A DNA stretch of 45,329 bases from assembly GCA_964418085.1 (NCBI GenBank), contig CAYQKB010000002.1, positions 1-45,329 on the forward strand, given 5' to 3'. Positions 1-8,442 of the stretch are shown piece by piece; positions within the stretch are counted from its first letter, which is position 1; every line of letters starts with the position of its first letter. Origin of the DNA: an uncultured Candidatus Saccharibacteria bacterium. GTDB lineage: Bacteria > Patescibacteriota > Minisyncoccia > UBA6257 > 2-01-FULL-56-20. A model generated the notes under the pieces. The model made no database searches. It saw nothing but the letters and a program-made list of their open reading frames with translations, and had not been told where the DNA came from. Position numbers and translations under genes: made by a program.

Positions 1-558
1 GATCACTCCGGTCTTTGCAACTTTGGAATCAACAAGTTTGAATCCGGCGGCCTGTGTTCCTTCGGCAAATAATCGTTTGCCGCCGCCCACCGTCACCGGA
101 AACGTCCACACATGCATCCGGTCAATCAGATTATTCTTTAAAAGTGTCTGGATAAGGTTTCCGCTTCCATGAATCCACAAGTCCGGAGCGTCCATCATTT
201 TGAGCTTTTTAATCTCCGCCGGAACGTCGCCCGTCACAATCATAGAATTATTCCATGAAAGTGCCGAAGGCGTGTGAGAGACAACATACTTTTTTGTAGC
301 ATTGAATGGCTTTCCCACTTCATGATCAATTGTTGCGGTTGGCCAATATGCAGCAAATATGTCATACGTCTTCCTGCCCAAGAGGAGTTCAAATGGCATA
401 TTCATAAATCCGTTTATCACTCCGCCCATAATTTCATCCCAATAGTTCGCCGACCACCCGCCTTGCGTGAACCCGCCTGACGTATCTTCTTTCGGCCCAC
501 CCGGCGCCTGCATCACCCCGTCGAGCGTTACAAAAGTTGTAGTGATTATTTTTCTCAT
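1..558 (-). CDS. dihydrofolate reductase family protein (RibD C-terminal domain-like); C-terminus runs off the window
   Basis: Absent from the ORF track because there is no stop inside the window. My reverse-complement translation from the ATG at 556-558 gives MRKIITTTFVTLDGVMQAPGGPKEDTSGGF...LLLGRKTYDIFAAYWP...LWIHGSGNLIQTLL. That is the pattern I associate with YyaP/RibD_C DHFR-like proteins. The frame stays open to position 1. Confidence 0.7.
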   Translation of the reverse strand, partial: MRKIITTTFVTLDGVMQAPGGPKEDTSGGFTQGGWSANYWDEIMGGVINGFMNMPFELLLGRKTYDIFAAYWPTATIDHEVGKPFNATKKYVVSHTPSALSWNNSMIVTGDVPAEIKKLKMMDAPDLWIHGSGNLIQTLLKNNLIDRMHVWTFPVTVGGGKRLFAEGTQAAGFKLVDSKVAKTGVI

Positions 559-597
559 TGGGTTTATTTTAACATAGACGTACCTGTGCGAGATCAA

Positions 598-1173
598 TTA
601 CAACGTAAAAACTTTCCATTCGAAGTCCTTTAAAAATATGAGCTCAAGCTCCGGGGAGGTGTTTCTGAGAAGCGAAACCGATTCTGCATTCGGCGGCAAC
701 TTGGCGCTTTTATAGTGGCAAACAACTCGTATGGGAACAAGCCCAAGCCCTTCCCGCACTTCCGGTTTATCATGTGAAGCGCCGAAGTGAGCGAGCGCAT
801 ATGCTCCAGCCGAAGACCCCGCAACCGTTTTTCCTTCTAGAAGTGATTTTAAATCGGGATATGTTCGTAATATCTTAAGCAGTTTATTCGTACTTCCTCC
901 GTTAAAATATACAGCATCAGATCGCTTAAGCTGGTCCAGAAAATCTTCTTTTGTCGCTATGACAAAGTTTATTTTTTTGCCATGCGCTGCAACAGTGAAC
1001 ATTTTTATTTGATACTCAAAGCTCTCCGTAGTATGCTCCTCTGTCCGCGAAGCAAAATATATCAAGAGTATTATGCCACCATCCGGAATATCCCGCACAA
1101 CCTCACCATAAAAAGTGCGGTTGAGTTCATTATCTTTTCGAGTAAACCCTCCGTGGAGGATGTACTTAGTCAT
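598..1173 (-). CDS. peptidase S51 (peptidase E-like) family protein
   Basis: 191-aa ORF. FNGGSTNKLL and VAGSSAGAYAL resemble the GGNT and GxSAGA nucleophile motifs of S51 dipeptidase E and cyanophycinase-type enzymes. Its start overlaps the upstream ORF stop by 4 nt. Confidence 0.65.
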   Translation of the reverse strand: MTKYILHGGFTRKDNELNRTFYGEVVRDIPDGGIILLIYFASRTEEHTTESFEYQIKMFTVAAHGKKINFVIATKEDFLDQLKRSDAVYFNGGSTNKLLKILRTYPDLKSLLEGKTVAGSSAGAYALAHFGASHDKPEVREGLGLVPIRVVCHYKSAKLPPNAESVSLLRNTSPELELIFLKDFEWKVFTL

Positions 1174-1820
1174 GGGATTATTTTACTTAACCAAGGTGGA
1201 GCTATTTTCCTGAGTTGATTTCCAAAATATGCGCAGATAATACCGCAAATGATTCCCATGCCATTCATAATTCCCAGCCAGAAGGGGGCAAGAGGGGTAT
1301 CTTTAAAGTTTGGGAGTAATAGTGACATTGTCAGAAAAAAACCATAGACCCCGCCAGCCCTCAATGCATTTTCTTTTTCATCTATAAAAAGTCCCAGAAT
1401 CAGGGCGATACAGACCCAAAGGACTAAATCAAACCACGAACCCATAAACATCTTATGAGCACTTCCGTAGCCAAAAAAAGCTCCGACAAAAATAGCAATC
1501 ATAATTATCTTGCGAGTTTTAATTTTTATCTTCACCCATCTTTTTGTTATTTGACTCCCTAGCCATCCAAAAATAAATCCAAATAGCGAAAACGCAAAAG
1601 CTGCTGCGTACTGATTATTGATGATTTCTGTAAACTTTCCCCTTGGAGCGATTAGTTGTTGAATGGCAACAATTATAACTCCCCAAAAAGCACTAAGGGC
1701 GATATATTCGAAATCGCCAGCTTTTTTGGACTTAGTAAAATTTCTATATGTCCAAACGGTTATTGCACCTGGAACTATAAAAATGAAGAAACTAATTAAG
1801 TCGATTGTTGGTTCAGGCAT
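1170..1820 (-). CDS. hypothetical polytopic membrane protein (about 6 TM segments)
   Basis: 216-aa ORF with repeated hydrophobic stretches (FFIFIVPGAITVW, FWGVIIVAIQQL, AFAFSLFGFIFGWL, IIMIAIFVGAFFGY, LVLWVCIALILGLF, GMGIICGIICAYF). Translationally coupled to the S51 gene. Confidence 0.55.
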   Translation of the reverse strand: MPEPTIDLISFFIFIVPGAITVWTYRNFTKSKKAGDFEYIALSAFWGVIIVAIQQLIAPRGKFTEIINNQYAAAFAFSLFGFIFGWLGSQITKRWVKIKIKTRKIIMIAIFVGAFFGYGSAHKMFMGSWFDLVLWVCIALILGLFIDEKENALRAGGVYGFFLTMSLLLPNFKDTPLAPFWLGIMNGMGIICGIICAYFGNQLRKIAPPWLSKIIP

Positions 1821-1903
1821 GGATGATCTTTTATTTCTAAATTATAGGATCTATGGTATCAAATTCATAGGATATTGAAAATTTAGTTAAACCGAAAGGA
1901 AAT

Positions 1904-2662
1904 ATGAAAGATAATGAAACAATCAATGAATCGAAAAGGAAAAGTTTAGTTTTTCTTAGTTACAATTCAGCCGATAAAAAAGTAGCTGAGGAGATTGCAG
2001 TTTTTTTGGCAACCGCGCAGGTAGGTGTTTGGTTTGATGAGTGGGCATTGGCCCCGGGGGATTCACTTATTGAAGAGATCGATGGTGCATTAGGAAGGTG
2101 TAGTCATTACGTTTTAGTATGGTCTCGTAGGGCGGCACGATCCAGATGGGTTCAGCGAGAGCTTCGATCAACATTGGCCAGGGTGACTTCGAGGCGCAGG
2201 AGACCCATCAAAATTATTCCAGTTTGCGTTGATAAGACGCCCCTTCCAAATATCTGTTCTGATTTAAGCTACTTAACTCATCAAAACAACATGGAAATCG
2301 ATTATTCTCAGATCATAAATGCTGTAACTGGCGCGACTCCAGAAATTCCATTTATAAAGATACTTCTTCGTAAGATCGAGGAGGTAATGACTGATATATC
2401 GAATTTGGCATGGGGAACCGGAGAACTGATCGATGCCGAGACTGGTCAAGGATGGCATTCTAATATTAAATGTTTGCTGACTTCTTACAACTTTGGAAAC
2501 TTTACTTACGAAACAAGTTTAGGAGTTGCAGATCATAAGCATGTTTTTGTCGATGGAAAACCCTACGAGAGGAGAACTAAGTTTTGGCGCATGATTTGTC
2601 GGCCGGCTAATTGTTCTTGTGGTTATAGTATAGTCGAAGAGGATCTCGAACTTATCCATTGA
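1904..2662 (+). CDS. TIR domain protein with an uncharacterised C-terminal domain of about 110 aa
   Basis: The N-terminal half, LVFLSYNSADKKVAEEIAVFL...VWFDEWALAPGDSLIEEIDGAL..CSHYVLVWSRRAARSRWVQRELRS, matches the bacterial TIR pattern (FxSY..D, PG.s, S.W...E). An AAAGGA SD lies 5 nt upstream of the ATG. Confidence 0.75.
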   Translation: MKDNETINESKRKSLVFLSYNSADKKVAEEIAVFLATAQVGVWFDEWALAPGDSLIEEIDGALGRCSHYVLVWSRRAARSRWVQRELRSTLARVTSRRRRPIKIIPVCVDKTPLPNICSDLSYLTHQNNMEIDYSQIINAVTGATPEIPFIKILLRKIEEVMTDISNLAWGTGELIDAETGQGWHSNIKCLLTSYNFGNFTYETSLGVADHKHVFVDGKPYERRTKFWRMICRPANCSCGYSIVEEDLELIH

Positions 2663-2669
2663 TCTTTAA

Positions 2670-2702
2670 GGGCTGGCGAAAATTCGTCAGCCCCTCTTTT
2701 AT
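2670..2702. terminator. bidirectional stem-loop terminator between convergent genes
   Basis: GGGCTGGCG-AAAATT-CGTCAGCCC followed by CTCTTTTATT. It sits between the stop of the TIR gene and the stop of the YdeI-like gene. Confidence 0.5.
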
Positions 2703-2739
2703 TCTTATTCTGAATGGAAAACCTCCACCACCGCCTCAT

Positions 2740-3024
2740 TCAACGATGAGGACAACCAATCCAACAGCACGGTCTACGCATTCCGCTTTTAAGCTTCGAG
2801 AGTCCTTTCTCAATGCGGATATTCCTCGTTTCCGATTTTTTGCCAGACGTAACCCAGCAAATCCATTCATTGCGCGCGAGGGGAGTAATGTCTTCCCACA
2901 TAGCTAACGCCGCAGGCGTCGCAATAATGGCTTTTCGTAAATCCTGCGGCATTTTATGCACGGTGCCCCCGGCTATACTTTCTGCGGCTCGCCGTAGCTT
3001 TAGCGAAGGTCGGCTTTTGGTCAT
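2740..3024 (-). CDS. YdeI/OmpD-associated family protein
   Basis: 94-aa ORF. PQDLRKAI...WEDITPLARNEWICWVTSGKKSETRNIRIEKGLSKL is the typical C-terminal YdeI-like signature. Confidence 0.65.
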   Translation of the reverse strand: MTKSRPSLKLRRAAESIAGGTVHKMPQDLRKAIIATPAALAMWEDITPLARNEWICWVTSGKKSETRNIRIEKGLSKLKSGMRRPCCWIGCPHR

Positions 3025-3036
3025 GAGATTATTTTA

Positions 3037-3366
3037 TCAAATACGTCTAACTTTCTTTTTCTTTTCCGGTAAAGATTTCGAAATATTGAAAAGAATACTC
3101 GGAAGCTCTTCTATGTTTGAAAGCTGATCTTCCTCAACAATATAATGTGGCTTTGCGTCGGGATACGGAGAGCCTTTTTCGCATATTTTTTCGAGCTGCT
3201 GGCTTGATGGCAATATTTTTACATATAGTCGGTCGTCGCAGACAAGCGCAACTACTTTGCCGTCTGCGTAGAGCGCATATTCTCCAAACATCGCCCGGGC
3301 AGAAAAGCGTTTTGGATTCGCCAATTTTTCAAGTATAAATTCTATTACTTCTTTTTGAGTTGACAT
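3037..3366 (-). CDS. TfoX N-terminal domain protein
   Basis: 109-aa ORF. ARAMFGEYALYADGKVVALVCDDRLYVK matches the TfoX/Sxy N-domain core. Confidence 0.7.
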   Translation of the reverse strand: MSTQKEVIEFILEKLANPKRFSARAMFGEYALYADGKVVALVCDDRLYVKILPSSQQLEKICEKGSPYPDAKPHYIVEEDQLSNIEELPSILFNISKSLPEKKKKVRRI

Positions 3367-3592
3367 GATTTTAGTAATTTTTTTCTCGGAATCCGAAGCT
3401 ATTTAAGGGTGGCTGGTGCTGATAGGAATGCCGCCCACTATTTGATACTGTAATAACTATACTCGGAATCCGTCTTAGACTCGAACCTAAGCTAGACTGC
3501 TGTGTACGATGACGCCTTTGAGTGATGTATAAATAAGGCATCTTTACTTATTTTGTAAATTATCCTGAAGCCCTATAAAATAATATACGAAC

Positions 3593-4069
3593 ATGACACC
3601 TAAAAATACAATTTGTCTCTGGTTTCAAAAGGACGCGGAAAGCGCAGCGAGCTTTTATGCCGCTACTTTTCCAGATAGTAAAGCAGGGGCTATTTTTCAC
3701 GCGCCCAGTGATTTTCCGGATGGCAAGAAGGGCGACGTACTAACGGTAGAGTTCACTGTCTGCGGAATTCCCTGCGTTGGTTTGAATGGTGGCCCTGCGT
3801 TTAAACAAAGCGAGGCATTTTCTTTTCAGATCGCAACGGACAATCAGGAAGAAACAGATCGCTATTGGAACGCAATCGTCGGAAACGGCGGCGTGGAGAG
3901 TATGTGCGGGTGGTGCAAAGACCGCTGGGGAGTATCTTGGCAGATCACGCCGCGTACGCTTACCGATGCGCTTGCCGCCGGCGGTGCTGAAGCAGAGCGC
4001 GCTTTTAAAGCGATGATGACAATGAAAAAAATTGACGTCGCCGCTATCGACGCAGCGCGGCGCGGTTAA
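3593..4069 (+). CDS. VOC superfamily protein (PhnB / 3-demethylubiquinone-9 3-methyltransferase-domain type)
   Basis: 158-aa ORF. ICLWF...AASFY, VEFTV.G...GLNGGP and CGWCKDRWGVSWQITP are hallmark motifs of this domain. Confidence 0.8.
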   Translation: MTPKNTICLWFQKDAESAASFYAATFPDSKAGAIFHAPSDFPDGKKGDVLTVEFTVCGIPCVGLNGGPAFKQSEAFSFQIATDNQEETDRYWNAIVGNGGVESMCGWCKDRWGVSWQITPRTLTDALAAGGAEAERAFKAMMTMKKIDVAAIDAARRG

Positions 4070-4090
4070 GGAACTGACCCGCGGAACGAT

Positions 4091-4747
4091 TTATTTTAAG
4101 ATTACACTCTCTAGCTCCTCTGTATTATGGGCGATATAATCTGGATCATGTGCGCTTAATTTTTGCTCGCTCGTGAAACCCCATGTGACCGCAATACTTT
4201 TAATCCCCACTTTTTTAGCAACATCTACCTCATGATTACTATCTCCAACAAAAAAAGTATCCTGTAGATTTAGATTGTTATCTTTAATTATTTTCTGAAC
4301 GGGCTCCAATTTATCATTTGCATCTGTGATAATTTCGTTAAAAACATTTTCCAGCCCATACTTTTGTACCTCAGGAAGTAATGTCTCAGGAAAATCGGAA
4401 CTTACGACGGCAAGAAAATAACCGCTTTCCTTACATGTGTGTATGAGTTTTACCACTTCAGGAAATGCGACTGCTTTTGGACAGTCTTTATCTAATTGCA
4501 ATTCCTGGAATAGCTTTGTCCGCTCCTCTTCGTTATAACCCTCAGGTAAATATTTTTGATAAAAAAGAGCGGGCGGCTGTTTCCAGTTTTCTCTGAATTC
4601 TTCCGTAGATATCTCCCTTACTCCATATTTTTTAAATATCTGATTAATAATCCACATTTGGTTCGTCACTGTGTCTCTCACTACGCCAGACCAATCAAAG
4701 ATAATATTTTTCATGTAAGTTATAAGCTCCTCGAAATCCGAACTCAT
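4091..4747 (-). CDS. HAD superfamily hydrolase (phosphoglycolate phosphatase-like)
   Basis: 218-aa ORF. Motif I-like IIFDWSGVV (second Asp replaced by Ser), VVSSD, and GDSNHEVDVAKKVGIKSIAVTWG (motif IV). The true start may be the internal MKNIIFDW. Confidence 0.7.
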   Translation of the reverse strand: MSSDFEELITYMKNIIFDWSGVVRDTVTNQMWIINQIFKKYGVREISTEEFRENWKQPPALFYQKYLPEGYNEEERTKLFQELQLDKDCPKAVAFPEVVKLIHTCKESGYFLAVVSSDFPETLLPEVQKYGLENVFNEIITDANDKLEPVQKIIKDNNLNLQDTFFVGDSNHEVDVAKKVGIKSIAVTWGFTSEQKLSAHDPDYIAHNTEELESVILK

Positions 4748-4815
4748 CGAGCCTGAGGCTCTCAGAGCCGAATGGCCTATCTCAAGTTAGCTACAGGGCC
4801 GGAGTCGAATGTCGC

Positions 4816-5061
4816 TTATTTTTTAATTAAAGCAAGTTTCTTCTCTCGTCGCCAGCCTTTGATTTCAGATTCGCGCTTTCTCGCTTCGCGCAAAGTTGGA
4901 AATGATTCTGAATAGAGCAGTCGTACGGGTCGTCTTATTTTTGTATAGTGCGCCCCCGATTTTGATTCGTTATGCTGAAACAATCTCCTTTCTAGATTAT
5001 TTGTGCAACCGACGTATAAAGATTGATCGGCACATTCTAAGATATAAACGAAGACGGACAT
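4816..5061 (-). CDS. GIY-YIG nuclease family protein (stand-alone URI domain)
   Basis: 81-aa ORF: VYILECADQSLYVGCTNNLERRLFQHN...REARKRESEIKGW. Confidence 0.85.
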   Translation of the reverse strand: MSVFVYILECADQSLYVGCTNNLERRLFQHNESKSGAHYTKIRRPVRLLYSESFPTLREARKRESEIKGWRREKKLALIKK

Positions 5062-5218
5062 GGTTTTATTTTATCACTTTATCAGTGTCTTCAATTTTCT
5101 TCGCGTCGAAGGATTAAAGAATTGTCCCTCGTCGAAGACTCACCCGGGAACTTCGATTTTTACACTTCGTAAAAAGAGTCGAAGACACTGAGATTTGAAC
5201 GAAGTGAAAATCGAAGTG

Positions 5219-5290
5219 CTGCCGGGCTAGGGGTCGAACCTAGATTGATGGATTCAGAGTCCATTTGCCTACCAATTAGCAGACCCGGCA
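5219..5290 (-). tRNA. tRNA-Gln (anticodon CTG)
   Basis: The reverse complement folds by hand into a cloverleaf. Acceptor TGCCGGG/CCCGGCA. Anticodon stem ATGGA/TCCAT with loop CTCTGAA. T arm CTAGG-TTCGACC-CCTAG. Discriminator G. No encoded CCA. Confidence 0.85.
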
Positions 5291-5406
5291 ATTAATTTAA
5301 CTCCTCTTTTATATCACGAAATTCGGAAAAAGCTAAATGCCGGAAATTAGATTTCGCGGATGCCCCCCAGTTGCCTTTTTAATCCAGGGTACTATTATAT
5401 AAACAT

Positions 5407-6654
5407 ATGAATAAAAATAAGAGGGGAATTATATCGGGCGTTGGTGTGGCGGCGTTGATTGCGGTTGTTTCTTTTGGAATTGCGTTCGCCGAGGGGAATC
5501 ATGGAAATGGAAATTCGGACAATGAAAATGGAGGCGGGCATGAGGAGCACGCCCGGGTTTGTCCGCGTGGCGGATCGCCGGATTCTGCGAATTGTCATGC
5601 ACGTGTCATCGTTGACTCGCAAGGTTTGCCGAAATCTAAATCAACTCCGAGCGGCTTCGGCCCGGCTCAATTCCGCGGTGCATACGGCGTGAGCGGTATC
5701 ACAAGTTCGAATCAGACAATCGCGATCGTGGATGCGTATGATCATCCAAACATTTTGTCGGATTTGAATAATTATAGCGCCACATTCGGCATTCCCAGTT
5801 TGAAAAGCTGTTCGGTTGGGACGGGCACCACGAACGTGCCCTGTTTCCAAAAAGTAAATCAGCGCGGAGGCACAACCTATCCCACAGCAAGTGCCGGATG
5901 GGCGCTTGAAATTTCACTCGACGTCGAAGCCGCGCATGCCCTCTGCCAAAACTGTAACATCCTCCTTGTTGAGGCGGACTCGGCAAGCTTTGCAAATCTC
6001 ATCGCCGCAGAAGACGAGGCCGCAGCCATGGGCGTAAAAACTATTTCGAATTCCTGGGGCGGCAATGAATTTTCCGCCGAAACGTCTTCAGAGTACGACG
6101 GCCACTTCAATAAGCCCGGTGTGGCGATTACGGTAAGCTCCGGCGACAGTGGCTATGGAACAGAATATCCGGCAGCTTCGCAGTATGTGACGGCGGTCGG
6201 TGGCACGAGCTTAACCGTGGATTCGGGGAATAATCGCACGAGCGAAAGAGCATGGAGCGGAGCGGGGAGCGGCTGCAGCGCATATGAGCCAAAGCCGTTG
6301 TGGCAAGTTGATGCGCTCTGCGCAAATCGTACGGTTGCGGACGTCTCCGCGGACGCCGATCCGAATACCGGCGCGGCGGTTTACGACAGCGTTCGGTATC
6401 AAGGGCGAAGTGGATGGTTCAAAGTTGGAGGCACGAGTCTTTCTTCTCCGCTCATTGCGGCGACATACGCTCTAGCCGGAAATGTGAACTTAGTCACACC
6501 CGCGAATCAACTTCCGTATGTAAACAGCGCAAACCTGCACGACATTACAAGCGGCAGCAACGGGAGCTGCGGCGGAACATATCTTTGTACCGCGGTGTTG
6601 GGCTACGATGGACCAACCGGACTTGGTACGCCAAGCGGCTCGGCCGGATTCTAG
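5407..6654 (+). CDS. secreted S53 (sedolisin-like) / S8 clan serine peptidase
   Basis: 415-aa ORF with an N-terminal signal or anchor (GVGVAALIAVVSFGIAFAEG). Motifs AIVDAYDHP, ISLDVEAAHA, SNSWGG, VSSGDSGY and GGTSLSSPLIAA. Confidence 0.7.
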   Translation: MNKNKRGIISGVGVAALIAVVSFGIAFAEGNHGNGNSDNENGGGHEEHARVCPRGGSPDSANCHARVIVDSQGLPKSKSTPSGFGPAQFRGAYGVSGITSSNQTIAIVDAYDHPNILSDLNNYSATFGIPSLKSCSVGTGTTNVPCFQKVNQRGGTTYPTASAGWALEISLDVEAAHALCQNCNILLVEADSASFANLIAAEDEAAAMGVKTISNSWGGNEFSAETSSEYDGHFNKPGVAITVSSGDSGYGTEYPAASQYVTAVGGTSLTVDSGNNRTSERAWSGAGSGCSAYEPKPLWQVDALCANRTVADVSADADPNTGAAVYDSVRYQGRSGWFKVGGTSLSSPLIAATYALAGNVNLVTPANQLPYVNSANLHDITSGSNGSCGGTYLCTAVLGYDGPTGLGTPSGSAGF

Positions 6655-6835
6655 TAATTCAAAATCTTTGTAAAAAGCCCTCGGAGCTTCGATTGAGTAT
6701 TGCTGCTCACTCATAAAGCAAAAAAGAAAAGGTCCAACTGCCTGAATCGGTTGGGGTCTTCCGGTACACCAAAGCACCGGATTTTTATTTCCCCCTAATT
6801 CTATCTTTGATTATCTACTTTCTATTATCTATTTT

Positions 6836-7909
6836 CTAATTAGTTATCCCTTCAAGAAATATCGGTTCGTAGGCAGCGATGATATTTGTTCCGGAGAGCG
6901 CATCCATACGGTAATAATACGAATCGGAAATCGTGTAATCAATGAGGCGAACGAAATCCGGCGTTGAGGTGCTCGGATTTTTTTGGTTCAGGAGTTCGTC
7001 CCACGGACCGGTTTGGCTTGCCGAGCGGTAGACGATAAGTACGTTTGTCGGCGGCGGAAGATTTTGCCAGCCGATTTCAATGCTCTGGTTTACGTGCAGA
7101 ACCCAAAACGGATTTGTTTGCGGAGTATAATAGCCGGCTATTTTTCCGTCAGGAGTGTAATACGCAACTTGGTTAACGGGCGGTGTTTGAGGTGGCGGAT
7201 TATTATCCGGCGGGGGAGTATTCGGCGTAGTTGAAGTCGGATTTCCGGATGGAGGAGTGATGGGGGTCGTGGAAGTCGGCGAGGGCGGAGTGGAAGTTGC
7301 TTGCGGCGGGTTTCCCGATCCGGGATTTTTATTTCCTCCGTCAGCTATCGGGCCGTTTCCGGTTGATGTTGCGGTTGATGTCGGAGTCTGGCCTCCCACT
7401 GGCGGCGGTGGAGGAGGCAATTCCGCTTGAACGATAGGGGACGCCCAGAGTGTAAATCCGTCGGGTGTAAATGCCTGCGCATAATACGAATAGTTTGATG
7501 CGTTTTCTCCGTGCCCGAGCGCGATGTCCGCCGAGCCGCCAGAGCTCTGCCCTACGGGAACTGTTTTCCAGCGAACCCACAGCCCGTTCCCGCTCGATCT
7601 GAAAATAACGATGCTGGTGGTTCCTTCGGGAAGATTTGTCCACGTGATCGTGATTTTATTTTTTCCGTTTTTCACAATCTGTATTGAGCCGCGCGCGAGC
7701 TGATCAATGTCTTGAAGAATTCCTTTTGATTGAGCGGCAATGTCTCCGCTTGCCGGTGGCTGCATTTGATCCGGAGAAGCGGTGGGCGTGACCGGAGCGA
7801 CCGGAAGCTCTGGGAGCGATTGAGTAAGTATGTAATAAACTCCGGCTCCAAGTATGATCACAAGTATGATCGCGAGTACGATATAAATTTTGAGGACTTC
7901 GGTACCCAT
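6836..7909 (-). CDS. membrane-anchored Pro/Thr-rich surface protein with two FN3-like repeats
   Basis: 357-aa ORF with an N-terminal TM segment (IYIVLAIILVIILGAGVYYIL). Two related modules (ITITWTNLPEGTTSIVIFRSS..W and IEIGWQNLPPPTNVLIVYRSA..W) are separated by a PPPP/TSTP linker. Confidence 0.55.
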   Translation of the reverse strand: MGTEVLKIYIVLAIILVIILGAGVYYILTQSLPELPVAPVTPTASPDQMQPPASGDIAAQSKGILQDIDQLARGSIQIVKNGKNKITITWTNLPEGTTSIVIFRSSGNGLWVRWKTVPVGQSSGGSADIALGHGENASNYSYYAQAFTPDGFTLWASPIVQAELPPPPPPVGGQTPTSTATSTGNGPIADGGNKNPGSGNPPQATSTPPSPTSTTPITPPSGNPTSTTPNTPPPDNNPPPQTPPVNQVAYYTPDGKIAGYYTPQTNPFWVLHVNQSIEIGWQNLPPPTNVLIVYRSASQTGPWDELLNQKNPSTSTPDFVRLIDYTISDSYYYRMDALSGTNIIAAYEPIFLEGITN

Positions 7910-7992
7910 TCTTCTTTAAGTATAGACGAGCTGTCTCAAAAAGTAATGCACTGTCTTGAATCTCCTTAGTTTTAATGTTATAATCACTTGCA

Positions 7993-8421
7993 ATGAGAGA
8001 AAAACCACTAATTCTTATCGCGGACGACAAAGAAGAATTTCGGGAAATAATTTCTGCGAAGCTCGGTGCCGCCGGTTTCGACTGCGTGACGGTGAAAAGC
8101 GGAGCGGAAGCGGTACAAAAAGCGCCCGAGCTTCTGCCTGATTTGATTTTAATGGACATAAATATGCCGCCCGGAATAAATGGCGTGGAAGCGGCGCTTT
8201 CTGTCAGGGAAAATCCAGCAACGAAAGCAACGAATATCGCGTTTTTGACGAGTGCAAACCATCCGTGGCCGGGCATAAGCGGCGGAGACAACGAAATGAT
8301 CAGCAAAGAGCTTGGTATGCAGGGTTTTTTTGATAAGGCAAACGTTGATGAGATGGCTGAAAAAATGAAAATAGCATTTCGCATGATAGGAGAGCCGCCG
8401 AAACCTCCTGCTGCAGAATAG
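7993..8421 (+). CDS. response regulator receiver domain protein (single domain, CheY/PilH-like)
   Basis: 142-aa ORF. LILIADD and DLILMDINMP (acceptor Asp). Lies directly upstream of pilB. Confidence 0.8.
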   Translation: MREKPLILIADDKEEFREIISAKLGAAGFDCVTVKSGAEAVQKAPELLPDLILMDINMPPGINGVEAALSVRENPATKATNIAFLTSANHPWPGISGGDNEMISKELGMQGFFDKANVDEMAEKMKIAFRMIGEPPKPPAAE

Positions 8422-8442
8422 CGGTGTGATATAATACTACAC

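Noticed and set aside
1904-2662. A classical Thoeris system (ThsA plus ThsB).
   Set aside because: Only the TIR component is present. No SIR2, Macro or SLOG ThsA-like gene lies within 5 kb. The gene is therefore reported as an orphan TIR candidate instead.
3386-3510. A tRNA-like fragment on the minus strand (CTTAGGTTCGAGTCTAAG, a T-arm-like sequence). There is also an 11-nt direct repeat, CTCGGAATCCG, at 3386 and 3462, spaced 76 nt apart.
   Set aside because: No complementary 5' acceptor strand and no D or anticodon arms could be found, and the T-stem has a mismatch. At most this is a decayed tRNA 3' fragment or att-like scar in a divergent promoter region, not a gene. It may still be worth a tRNAscan or Infernal check.
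4091-4747. A HAD hydrolase with DWS instead of DxD in motif I, as a possible inactive pseudoenzyme.
   Set aside because: A single motif deviation read by eye is not sufficient. The remaining HAD motifs look intact, and the alignment register is uncertain without an HMM.
5395-6777. Many overlapping ORFs of 60-100 aa on both strands across the S53 peptidase gene. The same pattern occurs at 6983-8489, 11129-12083, 16952-17742 and 37253-37827.
   Set aside because: They lie inside or antisense to longer ORFs with recognisable motifs, in locally GC-richer DNA where stop codons are rare. Their sequences are Arg/Ser/Pro-rich junk typical of off-frame translation.
5407-7909. Elevated GC in the S53 peptidase and surface-protein region as evidence of horizontal transfer.
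   Set aside because: Similar GC elevation occurs in the pseudopilin genes and other Gly/Ala/Pro/Thr-rich secreted proteins. It is more simply explained by amino-acid composition. I cannot compute codon statistics here.
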